Assembly: GCA_946965045.2 (NCBI GenBank)
Contig: OX337229.1
Location: 1,364,001 to 1,428,000 of the forward strand
Reading direction: 5' to 3'
DNA: 64,000 nucleotides
Source of the DNA: Epithemia pelagica
Taxonomy: Eukaryota > Protista > Bacillariophyta
Every line of letters starts with the position of its first letter. Positions within the stretch are counted from its first letter, which is position 1. The notes under the pieces are model-generated. The model worked only from the letters and a program-made list of their open reading frames with translations. It searched no databases and had not been told where the DNA came from. Positions 21,301 to 31,083 of this stretch are shown piece after piece. The position numbers and the translations under genes are program-made.

Positions 21301-22124
21301 AACAGGTACGAAATGACAAGCTTTTAATAAATTTAAGAGCAATCGGAGAAGCCATATCCGTTACAGGAAGCCTTGGTTCTGCAGCGATTCAGCGATCTGG
21401 TTCATCTTCTGTCACCGCCGACAAGGTCGTCAAATTTCTAGTTGACCTTGCATGCGTTGGGAAAGCAGAAAGCATCACGGAGACAGCTTCTTATTCTACC
21501 TATGTCGCAGTGTTCAATGGTCTCCCTCCTTGTGCATCTAGTTTCATCGCTTTGGCAGCAGTCAACGCCTTTGGTGCGATCCTGTCGTCTGGGCCTCGTG
21601 ATGCTCTGTGGAAACAAAGGCTAGGTTTTGTTGCGTGGAATCAAATCCAGGAATCCATGAAAGACAGATCTTTGTCGACTGGATTGATTGGTACCAGTGC
21701 TTATATCGTTTGCAACTGTAGTTGGAAAAGTTTGCCACGAAGCATGGCAACGGCTGTAAGCAATAATGTGTTGCAAGGGCTTTCTCTCGATTATCCAATG
21801 CCGAATATATTGAAAAAAGTTGTACTCGCAGCCGTCGTTAAACTCATCAGTTTGAAGCATGACCTTTTTGATAAGAACCTTCTCGCTGTGGTGACAGGAG
21901 TTTTGCGGGCGTATGCAACGGTTGACAGGGAAGAGCATGCAATGGCTTGCAAGATTTTTTCCTTGCAGGTTTTGCAAAGCATTCCCACGGTTTTGACCGC
22001 ACAGACATCAATCAACCCAGTCAGGCCTGCTGTCATATCCATACTTGAGCAAGCAATGGTTGACAAGTCCAGCATTTTGCGACATGCTGCCGTAGAAGTA
22101 CGCAACTCATGGTACCTGGTATAG
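18387..22124 (+). CDS. MMS19: MMS19/MET18 cytosolic Fe-S assembly targeting factor (HEAT repeats); start codon uncertain
   Basis: GESDPRCL and SSYYPIQFTPP match the MMS19 N-terminal signature; HEAT-like C-terminus ending LRHAAVEVRNSW. Confidence 0.8.
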   Translation: MIKKDSIVTGPFGMHNHMSIVQGTSSLTMAMQSDFEEWNECCISCNSSETCSELEAKASSYFSSPEMVQSQQLYEQAIARLIQSLERSLTSLNLWSRIAALACVKGALEPPKKEGDSLSPATLSLSVMKLMGEFLLQQCGPILHEEDTDDVAVDENVRDSAVRAIDALLRSKTEPLESQTVEASVLYRVHLSYEAVKRRCALPEEYGSSQMLQQDESPIAPRGLASLPRSRRSLCFEMLQSTIDGLKPLLTTSPANSLRRSTPLFLWVEFSINCLHGESDPRCLIQLLNFLADLQKAFVMILEKEFPVGTLFDAVSSYYPIQFTPPPHMAHTVTQDDLTRALWKIMSFNEYDKYMTGGETMFSLTLGVILEQLVPLPEDDPVSLEDQENALVDLRSLLRISKSSEGFVMDVAVISEGCIDSRDLIEIGTALHKVNGQTSFSGASGSPTAQRVCRLCRDMISFVALACERCTITTRYWNLFVRDKTLDIVRGKSTPLLSRSDVVYLACLTGCGGLKTLKFALDQSLPVLLRTITEADSSFGTDFATADAMNSMADALYGLAVLFASVQSSLKRQPAGLVLNPHPLMSHGMCVIDSLLKTWQQIGDVTFEASEASANQLNSLRIALVRSLETALMILPLEVGKGRTQQLITHLRDLHNRTTVVDADVSKTDQQLIEACSRSLGIALGEAVKDDDDSANYYSILRLGDISSCLRDDILPVLLMKVSSSRYCQITLSTACTKSKTLAKAVVAEVSSVMLKGLRNLDDRTERMITSFARVLSAGGRNTAEAFQTSDILFKMRSSLQPELGKKNLNLGVSGLQLPVPEEETRKEQAEIGRVIALLEPLHQIYESWVVHSHVNELLEATCKVIPPLDSNDQKDLAILLPFLSAALQTFQHANELDDERTREMISFLPEFILSNTSPSLRNYGITCLHAILSRGVTTDREGCPCLHILDSVLMTTISALVNEMKESSSKKQVRNDKLLINLRAIGEAISVTGSLGSAAIQRSGSSSVTADKVVKFLVDLACVGKAESITETASYSTYVAVFNGLPPCASSFIALAAVNAFGAILSSGPRDALWKQRLGFVAWNQIQESMKDRSLSTGLIGTSAYIVCNCSWKSLPRSMATAVSNNVLQGLSLDYPMPNILKKVVLAAVVKLISLKHDLFDKNLLAVVTGVLRAYATVDREEHAMACKIFSLQVLQSIPTVLTAQTSINPVRPAVISILEQAMVDKSSILRHAAVEVRNSWYLV

Positions 22125-22144
22125 CCATGACACCATTACAGTGC

Positions 22145-24517
22145 TCAAGAACTTCGCGAACTCCATCGTTTTATCCGCTCTACTAGCTCAACACTGCTGC
22201 TTCCGTGACAAACTTGAAGTGCACTTTTGAAATGCTTCTCTTCCACTGAATCACAGTTTTCGAGGAGGCATTGAACCGCCGCAGAGCGACACATTGCGGC
22301 CAAGTCCGCGCCGCTGAAACCGTCAGTTTGCCCAGCCAATTCTTTGCATATATCTTCCAGCTCACCACTATAACCAAATGGCGTTTTCATTTTTCCAATA
22401 CAAAGTTTTAGGATTGATAGGCGTTCTTGTGTGTTCGGTAGGCCAACGTGCACAATTCTGTCGAATCGACCAGGTCGAAGGAAAGCTTTATCAATCATCC
22501 AGGGCGTGTTCGTTGCAGCAAGAATGATAACTCGCTTTTTGATGTCGTCTTGTCCTTTACTCTTCGTTTCCGACTCAGCCCATTTCTTACAGTCATCCAT
22601 AGCTGAAAGAAGCGTACTTGTCAGACGGCTTGATCCCGTGCCATGTCGTTCCGTAAACAAAGCCTGGAATTCGTCAATAAATATGACGGCAGGAGCATTC
22701 AATCGAGCACTTTCAAACGCTGAAGAAAGCAATTTCTCACCCGTTCCCACCTCGGCTCGTGCGACATCTGTCGTGTTAATTGACACAAAAGCGCCACCTG
22801 TAATTGAGGTGCCCTTCAACATCTTTGCAACAGCTTTGGCCATCAATGTTTTTCCACAACCAGGAGGACCATATAGAAGAACACCAGTTGGAGGCTCAAT
22901 ACCAAAAAAAGTGGTGAACTTTCGCTTGGTCTCATCGAGAGCGACGGCTTCTTCCAACGCAGATTTTGCCTCGGCATTGCCCCCAACAGCAGCAAAAGTA
23001 CTTTGCCCCTTGTCCACAACGAATTCCACATTCGCCGAGGCTGCAGCAAATGAACAAGACTTTTGAATGTGATTGAGGGCATTGGTAAAATCAGATAATG
23101 TCGCTGGCTGATTTTGTCCCATATGTTGGCGCAAATAGCGAGCGACTTGTTGGAAATGCCTCCCGCGTGCCCAAACAGCTGATGCTGCAAGGTATGGAAG
23201 TTGCATTTGTAGAAAAGGAGACACAGAAACACCCTCTCGATCCAACGCATTTTGGAAAGCAGTATTCCTAGTTTCGGCTTTCAGAGCTGGAAGGCGGTAA
23301 GTTGTTGCCACCATTAGGTCAGTAGAGTTTGTGCGCCTATCCTCAAATGAAGCCTTCTGCTGCGGTGAACCGTTAGGATCCGTATCAACTGCCACAAGGC
23401 ACAATCGCAGGGGTAAGTTGTGAGCTTTCGTTGCGTGCACGTTATACAGTCGATTTTTCACCGGGAAAGGAAATATCTTGTCATGGTAAATGCTATGAGT
23501 GAGCATTCTCAGGTATGCGGCAATAGCATTTAGAACTGAAATCGCCGCATCTCCACCATCACTCATGGTGGGAACGGCTGGAGGTATCATGGAAGACAAA
23601 TTGTCAATAATGATACATATGGGAGTCTCATCGATTGCTGCAGAAAGGGCCACTTGATGAAGAGTTGTCTCAAGGGCCGTATCTGCGTGGACCCCATGTT
23701 TGCTTATCAGAGAACCAATTCTCACAATGTGAACACGTGAGCAGCCCATGTCTCGAGCGATCTGTTCCACAAGATTCGTCTTTCCTGCTCCATGATTCGA
23801 AGAAAGCACACGCAAAGCCCCATCTCGGTAGAAGTCAATGCATTTAGGAGGATCCCACTGGCTCGTCCCACCGTTACCAAATGTTGCAGACTTCTCAGTA
23901 CTCGATATACCAGGAGCTGAACCAATCATGACAGGTTCAATCATAAGGCGTCGAAAAAGGACTCTTAATTCGTTGATGGTCTCGGGGTTGTGGTTTGCGA
24001 AATCTGTGATACAGTGCCCAATGGGTTTCGGCAGCTCTCCCGTCAAATGATCCAAAACACTGCAGCAATCTGAAAGAACTCGGACCATGGTATCTTCATT
24101 GACAATCACATTCACTGTCGATATTGACGGACTGAGTTCAGAGACCTCCACGTATCCATAACATTCACAGGGCCACCTTGCTGAAAGATTCGGGTCAAGT
24201 TGGGGCAAGAGAAGAAGCTCATTCTCATTATCTAAGGTGGATTGTTCGTCTTTCTTTGTGGTGGATTCACTGTAAATCTTTCCTTTTCCTAAAGTGGACG
24301 AGCGACGGTATTCATCGAACTTCAGCTTTAATGAAGGTTTTGGCCCCGTAGAAAGAGATACGTGACATATCCAGTTCAACAAATGAACTTTCACCGCGGC
24401 GGCCAATACAGAAGGTTTTCTTGATCCTATTCCTGTATGATCTGTAAGACAGGGTTTGACTTCAAGGTACAAAAGAGGCCGAGCCGAACGATCAGCAAAT
24501 GCTGCTACCGACACCAT
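22145..24517 (-). CDS. Type II AAA+ ATPase (CDC48/AFG2/peroxin-like) with a degenerate first AAA domain
   Basis: D2: GPPGCGKT, IFIDEFQ, AATNTPW..FLRPGRFD, FSGADL. D1: NHGAGKT with IIIDN in place of the Walker B DE. Confidence 0.85.
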   Translation of the reverse strand: MVSVAAFADRSARPLLYLEVKPCLTDHTGIGSRKPSVLAAAVKVHLLNWICHVSLSTGPKPSLKLKFDEYRRSSTLGKGKIYSESTTKKDEQSTLDNENELLLLPQLDPNLSARWPCECYGYVEVSELSPSISTVNVIVNEDTMVRVLSDCCSVLDHLTGELPKPIGHCITDFANHNPETINELRVLFRRLMIEPVMIGSAPGISSTEKSATFGNGGTSQWDPPKCIDFYRDGALRVLSSNHGAGKTNLVEQIARDMGCSRVHIVRIGSLISKHGVHADTALETTLHQVALSAAIDETPICIIIDNLSSMIPPAVPTMSDGGDAAISVLNAIAAYLRMLTHSIYHDKIFPFPVKNRLYNVHATKAHNLPLRLCLVAVDTDPNGSPQQKASFEDRRTNSTDLMVATTYRLPALKAETRNTAFQNALDREGVSVSPFLQMQLPYLAASAVWARGRHFQQVARYLRQHMGQNQPATLSDFTNALNHIQKSCSFAAASANVEFVVDKGQSTFAAVGGNAEAKSALEEAVALDETKRKFTTFFGIEPPTGVLLYGPPGCGKTLMAKAVAKMLKGTSITGGAFVSINTTDVARAEVGTGEKLLSSAFESARLNAPAVIFIDEFQALFTERHGTGSSRLTSTLLSAMDDCKKWAESETKSKGQDDIKKRVIILAATNTPWMIDKAFLRPGRFDRIVHVGLPNTQERLSILKLCIGKMKTPFGYSGELEDICKELAGQTDGFSGADLAAMCRSAAVQCLLENCDSVEEKHFKSALQVCHGSSSVELVERIKRWSSRSS

Positions 24518-24908
24518 TCTTCATGGTCAGTGGGCTCTTCTAGATCCGAATCGGGAGTCGCATTTCTCAGTCGCTCGTCTGCACGCGAGGTGAGCCATCG
24601 ACAGCCACAAGTCTTGTTTACACGAATCTGGTGTAAAATCGCTCGTCGCACTGCGAAGCCCTCAGAAAATGTTCAAACGAATGAAGGAACATCCAATGTA
24701 AGCAGAAGTCTGTCGCCGTTGCCAAGTAGAAGTTCAAAACTAGAAGTCGATTGATTCGACAGGAGCATCACTACGTCCTTTCTCGTGGTAACTTCCCTGA
24801 CAGTCCTTCGAATATAACACGTAAGCTTGGTAATACCTCTAGTTCGAGACTGATCATACACACAGATTCTAAACAATAGGGAAAACTTGTAACTAGGTAG
24901 CTGGATTA

Positions 24909-26132
24909 TCAAAAGCGACTTTCATTCGTTACGCTTATGGGGGAGATGTGAGCCACTTGATGTACAGATGTCGGGCTCTTGGGTTCTGGTGCTTTTCTCT
25001 CAATAGTAGTCTGCGGTCTCTTGAGATGCAAACTGTCCGATCGGTCCAGTTGCATCGAAGTTTTCTCTTGAGCAGATTGTGCTGAGCAACCAAACAGATA
25101 CCATAACCTTCTTTGTGTGTTCTGCACCATTATTCTTGGATGCCGTAATCTGCATGTATGTGGCATCGCATCGCTCGGATAGAATAGATCAAGAGCATCG
25201 AGCAACAATGATTGCATTTCTCTGGTGATACCTGGGTCTTCACCAAGGACGGCTTCAATCGCATTCAAAATGGCAGCTTGCGCTAATAGTCCTCTGTCGT
25301 AGCCCACCAAGTCGTAGTCGTAAACACAGAGCTCCGCGAAGAACATTGCGCGTTGGGCAATAAAGGTTGTTTGAGAGCAATTGGACGGAAGAAAGGTAAG
25401 GAAATACTGGATGAAGTCTTGAACCGTTGGGGGATTCAGCTTCCAATCAAGCGTACGAAGCATAATCATTTCCATTTCAGAAATATGAGACACATCAAAC
25501 TCTCCTCTGCTGAGTTCGGCCAAGGTAACGATCGACAATTGCTTGCCATTGAAAACCTTTGTTGCCATATACAGTGCTGTCATGGAGGCCAACTTAAAGG
25601 CCGTTCGATCACAGGAGCAACGGTTGACAAATCTGTCCAAAAAGGAGAACGCCACTGCCACAATATTTCTTGGGACCTTGAAATGATCGCATACCCGGTA
25701 GGACCATTCACACATTTTCTCTCGGCATGACGCATCGACAGCATTTGGATCAGCGTTGAGTCCAACTTCTTGTGGCTTGTTGTCCTCCAAACCAGAATGA
25801 GCTTCTCGATGTTGTTTGCCGAGATAGTCTCCGCAACTGTACGAAGCCTCTTGTCGGATGAGACCGCAAAGTGTATTTGTCAACTCTTCGTGGTCCATTC
25901 CATCAGTTTGTGAGGGAGTGATAACATGGGACATGCGAATCCCTAGAAGCGGTGATGAAGGAGACAACATTGTTTGTAGTATGCGTTGTAAAGGCGAAAA
26001 TGAAGATCGACGATTGAAGTAGTTCAGGTGTCGCGTTCTCCCAACGTTCTGGCAATGTCTTTGTGTTGCCGAAAGATTCAAAAAGGTGATGGTGGATGTT
26101 GACAAGACGGTCCTTTGTGGAAATTGTGCCAA
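24909..26132 (-). CDS. Cyclin, diatom-specific cyclin type; true start probably downstream of the ORF start
   Basis: Cyclin box CREKMCEW...VAFSFLDRF...FKLASMTALYMATK...MLRTLDWKLNPPT. Confidence 0.9.
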   Translation of the reverse strand: MAQFPQRTVLSTSTITFLNLSATQRHCQNVGRTRHLNYFNRRSSFSPLQRILQTMLSPSSPLLGIRMSHVITPSQTDGMDHEELTNTLCGLIRQEASYSCGDYLGKQHREAHSGLEDNKPQEVGLNADPNAVDASCREKMCEWSYRVCDHFKVPRNIVAVAFSFLDRFVNRCSCDRTAFKLASMTALYMATKVFNGKQLSIVTLAELSRGEFDVSHISEMEMIMLRTLDWKLNPPTVQDFIQYFLTFLPSNCSQTTFIAQRAMFFAELCVYDYDLVGYDRGLLAQAAILNAIEAVLGEDPGITREMQSLLLDALDLFYPSDAMPHTCRLRHPRIMVQNTQRRLWYLFGCSAQSAQEKTSMQLDRSDSLHLKRPQTTIERKAPEPKSPTSVHQVAHISPISVTNESRF

Positions 26133-27562
26133 GATTTTTTACTTACCCTGTTCTCATGCTCGACCCCGAGACCCAAGAGTATATGGACTGTCTGGGCGAA
26201 TCAAATAATACATTTCACATGTTCGTGCCGGCGCTGAAATAGATACCGGATCATGTGATCCGATGCCGCCCTGCGATTAGCGGATCCACGCTCATGGAGC
26301 AGTATTTACACAAGTTGGCGAGGTTTCGAAACTTTTTCTAAAAGTTTTCTCAACGGACATAAGGCTGAAGCACATTGCATGCCATAGTCTTCTTTACGGA
26401 TCACAATTAGCTATGCTCGTATACACCTATATAGAAGTGTATATTTACCCAAGACTTGAACACTATGATCATTCAGTAGGTAATTGGAATATTCGAGCGA
26501 CCAATGGACAAAATCAGGTCACGTATCAAGACCGCACATACCACACACGACCTCGACAAAGCGCATGGTCGGTCCCCTATCAAATCAAGTCACTTGTCGG
26601 AAGCAGAAGCTGATGCCAACAGAAACCAACGGACAGAATCAAGCAAGGAACGGGAAGGGCAATTGAAATGAAAATCTGAAGGGTTAAATCTAAGGATGTA
26701 AAGTTATATTATTGCCGCTTGACCCAACGGACTCTTCTGTCATCAAGTTGCTTCCGACTGGATGGTAATGATTACATTTAAGCCCGCACCTCCAAATTCT
26801 GCCAATGCGTATGGTGCACGATTCGAGCATCAAAGCGATCAGCCAATGCCTTTGGTGGAATTTGCAATCTTCTAATTTGAATTGTTGACTGTTAACTCAA
26901 GCATTCAAGTCATGTAATAGATTGGTGACTCGGCTGCTTGGAGCGGCGCAGTCTTGGCCCGTGCCGTGCCGCTTGCGTCACTGTGGAGTTCATATTCAGT
27001 TAGGTGTTTGGCATTTGGCACTTGGCACCGACCCACCAGACGTCTTGCTTGGCGCGATCGCAAATCGCAATGCATTCTGTGATGTCTGTTGGTATTGTCT
27101 ACCTAGATTGTTGAGTCAGGCACTTCCGTTATGGGTTGTGGGGTGCATGTGTATGTGTATTGTATGTGCGGGGAAGAGAAAGAGAAGGGCCCCATCTCCC
27201 ATATAGACCAATGCAGGAGACTCCGAAGGGTCGGTCGTCGCGATACTCTTGTTTCTAATCCCGTGCGGTGCGAACGGCAACGTAAACGTAAGGTACTTGT
27301 AAGACTGTCACGTTATTATTGATGGCCCCTTGATGTGGTTTCTAGTTTCTACTGCTCCATCCATTCGGAAGGATTTAATATACGCCTAGCTTTCTATATA
27401 CTCTTCCTCTCTCTACTTGGGGAGGACGCACTCCTCTCTAGAACTATGCCGTACGGGTGCTACTGGAAAAGTCGAACGTCTACTCTTGAAAAGACTATCG
27501 GGATCTCAACTCTGTCGATATCACGAGCAGTTTCTTTGAAGTAGTTCCAACCTCCAAGCAGT

Positions 27563-29083
27563 TCAAACAATCTCCAGGAAATGCTGGACTGAGGATTTGT
27601 CGTCGGATAGTATATGGCCAACAAGATGTTTATCCTGGTATCCCGCGGGAAATGTAGTTCTTTGTGCCTGCTTATAATCATCAGGCTTCCTTGGTTTCCG
27701 CGTCCTTACGGACATGTCATCAATTATCTGCGGTCTATCAAGGCAGCGAATTTCGCTCTTCTTGTTAATAATGTAGATTTGATTTAAGTTCATTCCAGCT
27801 TCATGGTACGCTTGCGCATCCATAAATGTATTACCAAGACCAGCCAGGAAGGGCTGTTCACCTCCTTTGACACCTGAGTTGTTGTGTGTCTGAACACCTT
27901 GCCACAGAACCGCAATGTTCTGCAATGTTTTCGTCTTGAACTCGTGCACTGAGTGAGTGACCAACTCCATGGCAAGTATTCTCCATAGCCCTCCTGTGAA
28001 TCCCAGCAGTGGACCAGGTGGCAACCCAACGGTAGGATCGCCGCCATTGGAAGCAAAGCCATTGTCGGGTTGTCTCAGTTTGCGTAGAAACCTTCTTGTC
28101 GAGAATGCAAGGCCCAGTGGTCGACTGGTCAAGTACAAGAACCGAACGGCGGGGAAAGACCTCCCCAGATTTTGTTTTCGTCTCTCCTGGTGTTCACTGA
28201 GAATAGATTGAAGGCATCTGCACACTCCGTCATGACAAAACTTATATTGTAATGTCCCAATCGTATCAATCAATCCCCTAATGTTAGATTTGGTGATTGT
28301 TCCATCAATGTCACATACAAATATTCGATCGGACGAGGACCAAAAATGGAAGTTGAAGGGGGCCACGGCCAAGACTCGACCATCACCATTGTCACTACGA
28401 TTAGCAGTAGACCGAACGACGATACGTGCGGCTCGGCCTGATAAATTTTGTTTATTGTGACTCCAGCACTGAGCCAGTTTCATCAGCGCAGCGCGGTCAT
28501 GCTTCCTAGCGCCATCGTGCCGTGGCAATGTTTTGTCGCCATGTCCTTGTCCACCACTCTCAACTTCGGATCGGTCCATCCGCATGTTCTGGTACGTCGC
28601 CTCGCCCTGCCCGTCGTTGTCCAGCTCGTGAGGCATCTGCAGTTTGCCATCATCAATGGGAAAACGCAAGTTTAAGTCTTCAAGTTCAAGGTAGATATGC
28701 GAGGACTTGAGATCAAAGTAGCAATTTGGTGTTCCAAGTAAGGGCGTGAAAGAAAATATTGCGTCAGAGCAATCGATAAGCGTCGGATCGGTGTCCGATT
28801 GTACCATGATCATATCAAATGCATGACCGACGGCCACGTTTCCAATCGATAGGGATGATCCACAGCAGTGGCCTCCACAAGACTTGGACCGGCCGCATGA
28901 AGGGACGCACAGATGGCACACGGATGGTTGCACCACGTCGACCACATCTGACCATGAAGATGAATCAGTTAGTGAATCTCGTGGGTTGTTCAGATAATCC
29001 ATTTGCTCATGATGGGCCTCGTCGCTTGAAAACATTACATGAACTGGAATTGTGAAGGGGGATGGTTGGGATGAGGCTATCAC
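27563..29083 (-). CDS. LNS2/lipin-family HAD phosphatase (phosphatidate phosphatase-like)
   Basis: VCDIDGTITKS (DxDxT), YLTSRP and AGLGNTFMDAQAY motifs. Confidence 0.85.
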   Translation of the reverse strand: MIASSQPSPFTIPVHVMFSSDEAHHEQMDYLNNPRDSLTDSSSWSDVVDVVQPSVCHLCVPSCGRSKSCGGHCCGSSLSIGNVAVGHAFDMIMVQSDTDPTLIDCSDAIFSFTPLLGTPNCYFDLKSSHIYLELEDLNLRFPIDDGKLQMPHELDNDGQGEATYQNMRMDRSEVESGGQGHGDKTLPRHDGARKHDRAALMKLAQCWSHNKQNLSGRAARIVVRSTANRSDNGDGRVLAVAPFNFHFWSSSDRIFVCDIDGTITKSNIRGLIDTIGTLQYKFCHDGVCRCLQSILSEHQERRKQNLGRSFPAVRFLYLTSRPLGLAFSTRRFLRKLRQPDNGFASNGGDPTVGLPPGPLLGFTGGLWRILAMELVTHSVHEFKTKTLQNIAVLWQGVQTHNNSGVKGGEQPFLAGLGNTFMDAQAYHEAGMNLNQIYIINKKSEIRCLDRPQIIDDMSVRTRKPRKPDDYKQAQRTTFPAGYQDKHLVGHILSDDKSSVQHFLEIV

Positions 29084-29461
29084 AAATAATCACAATAACT
29101 TTGGTCCTTGGTCCATTGTCGTTGTCTCGCGCACCTTGCGTGAGTTTGCCCGGCGCCCTCCTCCGAAGCGCCTCTGGCTCTGGGGCCGGGCGTGGACTCT
29201 CTGCCCGAGCAGTGTGCTGTATGCTGTGTGCTGTGCCACCAACCAACCACCACGCGAGGAAAAGATCTCTCAGCATCAAGGAATCTTTCGTGTTCCACCG
29301 GAAGCATCAATCATCATGGCGACAAACACAAAGAAGCTCTGTGATGAGTTCTCACAAAACAAAAAACATAAACACACACTCCCAAAACGAAAACAAATCA
29401 ACACTTGTCCTACAATATTTAGAAACAAATGCAAATGAGGAAAGTTGCACAATCTCTCTAG

Positions 29462-30631
29462 GCGAACAAAGCCTTTGACATTGAATTTCATGGCTTTTTG
29501 TCAAATCATGCCAAGCATGCTGTGATCGCATTGGAGCGTTTGCAAGCGTCTGAGAATCGGATCCAACAGTACTGGGACGATTATACACATGTGACGCCCT
29601 ATCAGTTGTCGTTGCACAAAGTCGATGAAGATTGGGATTCCGTCGAACCCGCAAATCGTCAGAAATGGGAGAGCTGGCGTGGACAGAAGATTCACTGGCA
29701 ACAACAAGTTGCGTTCTTGAACAACGAGCTAAAAGAAAAATACTCACAGGATACCGACCAACTTGTGAAAGAATATGGGCCTTCCCTTCTTCACGGGGCG
29801 GCAGGTGCGTTGACACATGGTATCATTCACTTGGGATGGGCCATTGATGCAGAATCTCCGTGGATGATAACCGAGGGTCTGGCATACCTTAACTTTGCAT
29901 ACTTGGGTTTTAAGGAGTCGACCGAATTTTCTTACAACTCTCATTCGGAAGCGGGGCCAATTGATTCTTACCTTCGTGTTGCTCGTAGTTATGCTGAGGA
30001 AAACCTTCAGGAAAACTGGATTGAAAGGGTCAAAGCTAAGTACGATGAGAGCTTCCATCCCGAGTTAGTTCCAGCTGGTTTCCAGTGGCATCTGGCAAAG
30101 GCCCTGTATGAGCCACACTCAGTGGCTACGAAGCTTCCGACGTGGCTACATGACAAACCCCTGAAAGACATAATGGAGGAAATGTACAAGGCAGTGGTTT
30201 CGGTCTATTTGGCTACTCGCTCTCCTGAGGGAAATGGAAACTTCGTTATTTTGCATCTCATTACGTCACTGTGGGGACTGGAAAAGACTCTGCGAGTACT
30301 TGATCTTCCAGAAGAACGCGAGCGTGAGGTTCTTGCTGAGTTCTACGCGGTATCAGTGGTGCTTTTGAGCATGGGGTCGTCTGGTTTCCCCTCGGTAGAG
30401 TCTCTGGAGGCAACACTGCGCAATTTCCCATACTCTGATATGTCGCCGACCGAGACGGACTGGAGTGAAGCTGTCCAGGCTGGCATTGGAGAAACAGAGG
30501 AGCACAACATCAAACTTGTTTACGTTGCACGAGAGCTTTGGCGTCGGTATGACCGATGGTCTGGTTTTTTCGAAGCAGCAAAATCTTTCACATTGACACC
30601 CGAGATTGGCCCTGCTCCTTTTAAGGCATAG
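29462..30631 (+). CDS. Questin oxidase-like (DUF4243-type) protein; 5' exon not resolved
   Basis: After a likely acceptor AG at 29460-61 the frame reads EFHGFLSNHAKH; HGIIHLGWA, NFVILHLITS and EEHNIKLV motifs follow. Confidence 0.7.
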   Translation, partial: ANKAFDIEFHGFLSNHAKHAVIALERLQASENRIQQYWDDYTHVTPYQLSLHKVDEDWDSVEPANRQKWESWRGQKIHWQQQVAFLNNELKEKYSQDTDQLVKEYGPSLLHGAAGALTHGIIHLGWAIDAESPWMITEGLAYLNFAYLGFKESTEFSYNSHSEAGPIDSYLRVARSYAEENLQENWIERVKAKYDESFHPELVPAGFQWHLAKALYEPHSVATKLPTWLHDKPLKDIMEEMYKAVVSVYLATRSPEGNGNFVILHLITSLWGLEKTLRVLDLPEEREREVLAEFYAVSVVLLSMGSSGFPSVESLEATLRNFPYSDMSPTETDWSEAVQAGIGETEEHNIKLVYVARELWRRYDRWSGFFEAAKSFTLTPEIGPAPFKA

Positions 30632-30790
30632 TTTGATCATTTTCAATATCGTGGTCTGACATTTCAGCAAGAAATCTTCATCATGGCGCAGCTTGCTTTA
30701 TCTCACACAATAGAATGTCTTCGGTCGCTTTGTCGTTGTTCGAGGAAATGTTGAATAAATAGAGTTGCTACAGTAGAAGACAAAAACATG

Positions 30791-30953
30791 TACTCCTAGG
30801 AGTAAGAAGCATGAAAGCCATTCTTTGTCATTCTTGCTAGTCTTTCGCTCGAAGCAAGAGAGCTATTTACACATACTCCTAGAGCTAGAGGTAGTTTTCG
30901 TCTACTACCTGTCTACTCCGTCGCCTGTAGGAGTAGCTTCCCTAGCTAGCTAG
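30791..30953. other. Intergenic CTAG-rich motif island
   Basis: TACTCCTAGGAGTA palindrome 30791-30804, TACTCCTAG 30874-30882, CTACTCC..GGAGTAG hairpin 30913-30936, CTAGCTAGCTAG. Confidence 0.7.
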
Positions 30954-31083
30954 AGAGGCCATAAACTATGGAGTAGACAAAGGGAGACAGTTATCCTTAA
31001 TCCTTATCCATGTCGGAAATAAATTGGTACCACAGCAAGAAGCCACAAGCCACCTATTATTCCACCTTTGGAAGAAGGAAAAT

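Noticed and set aside
22431-23066. Long antisense ORFs (also 42446-43006, 49069-49704, 50179-50967, 56545-57322)
   Set aside because: Shadow frames of well-supported genes or elements on the opposite strand, with no motifs of their own.
26133-27560. 1.4-kb gap between the cyclin and LNS2 genes, with weakly repeated ACCAAYGGACA motifs
   Set aside because: Only two or three degenerate copies, no TIR or TSD, no convincing ORF; probably regulatory DNA for the cyclin.
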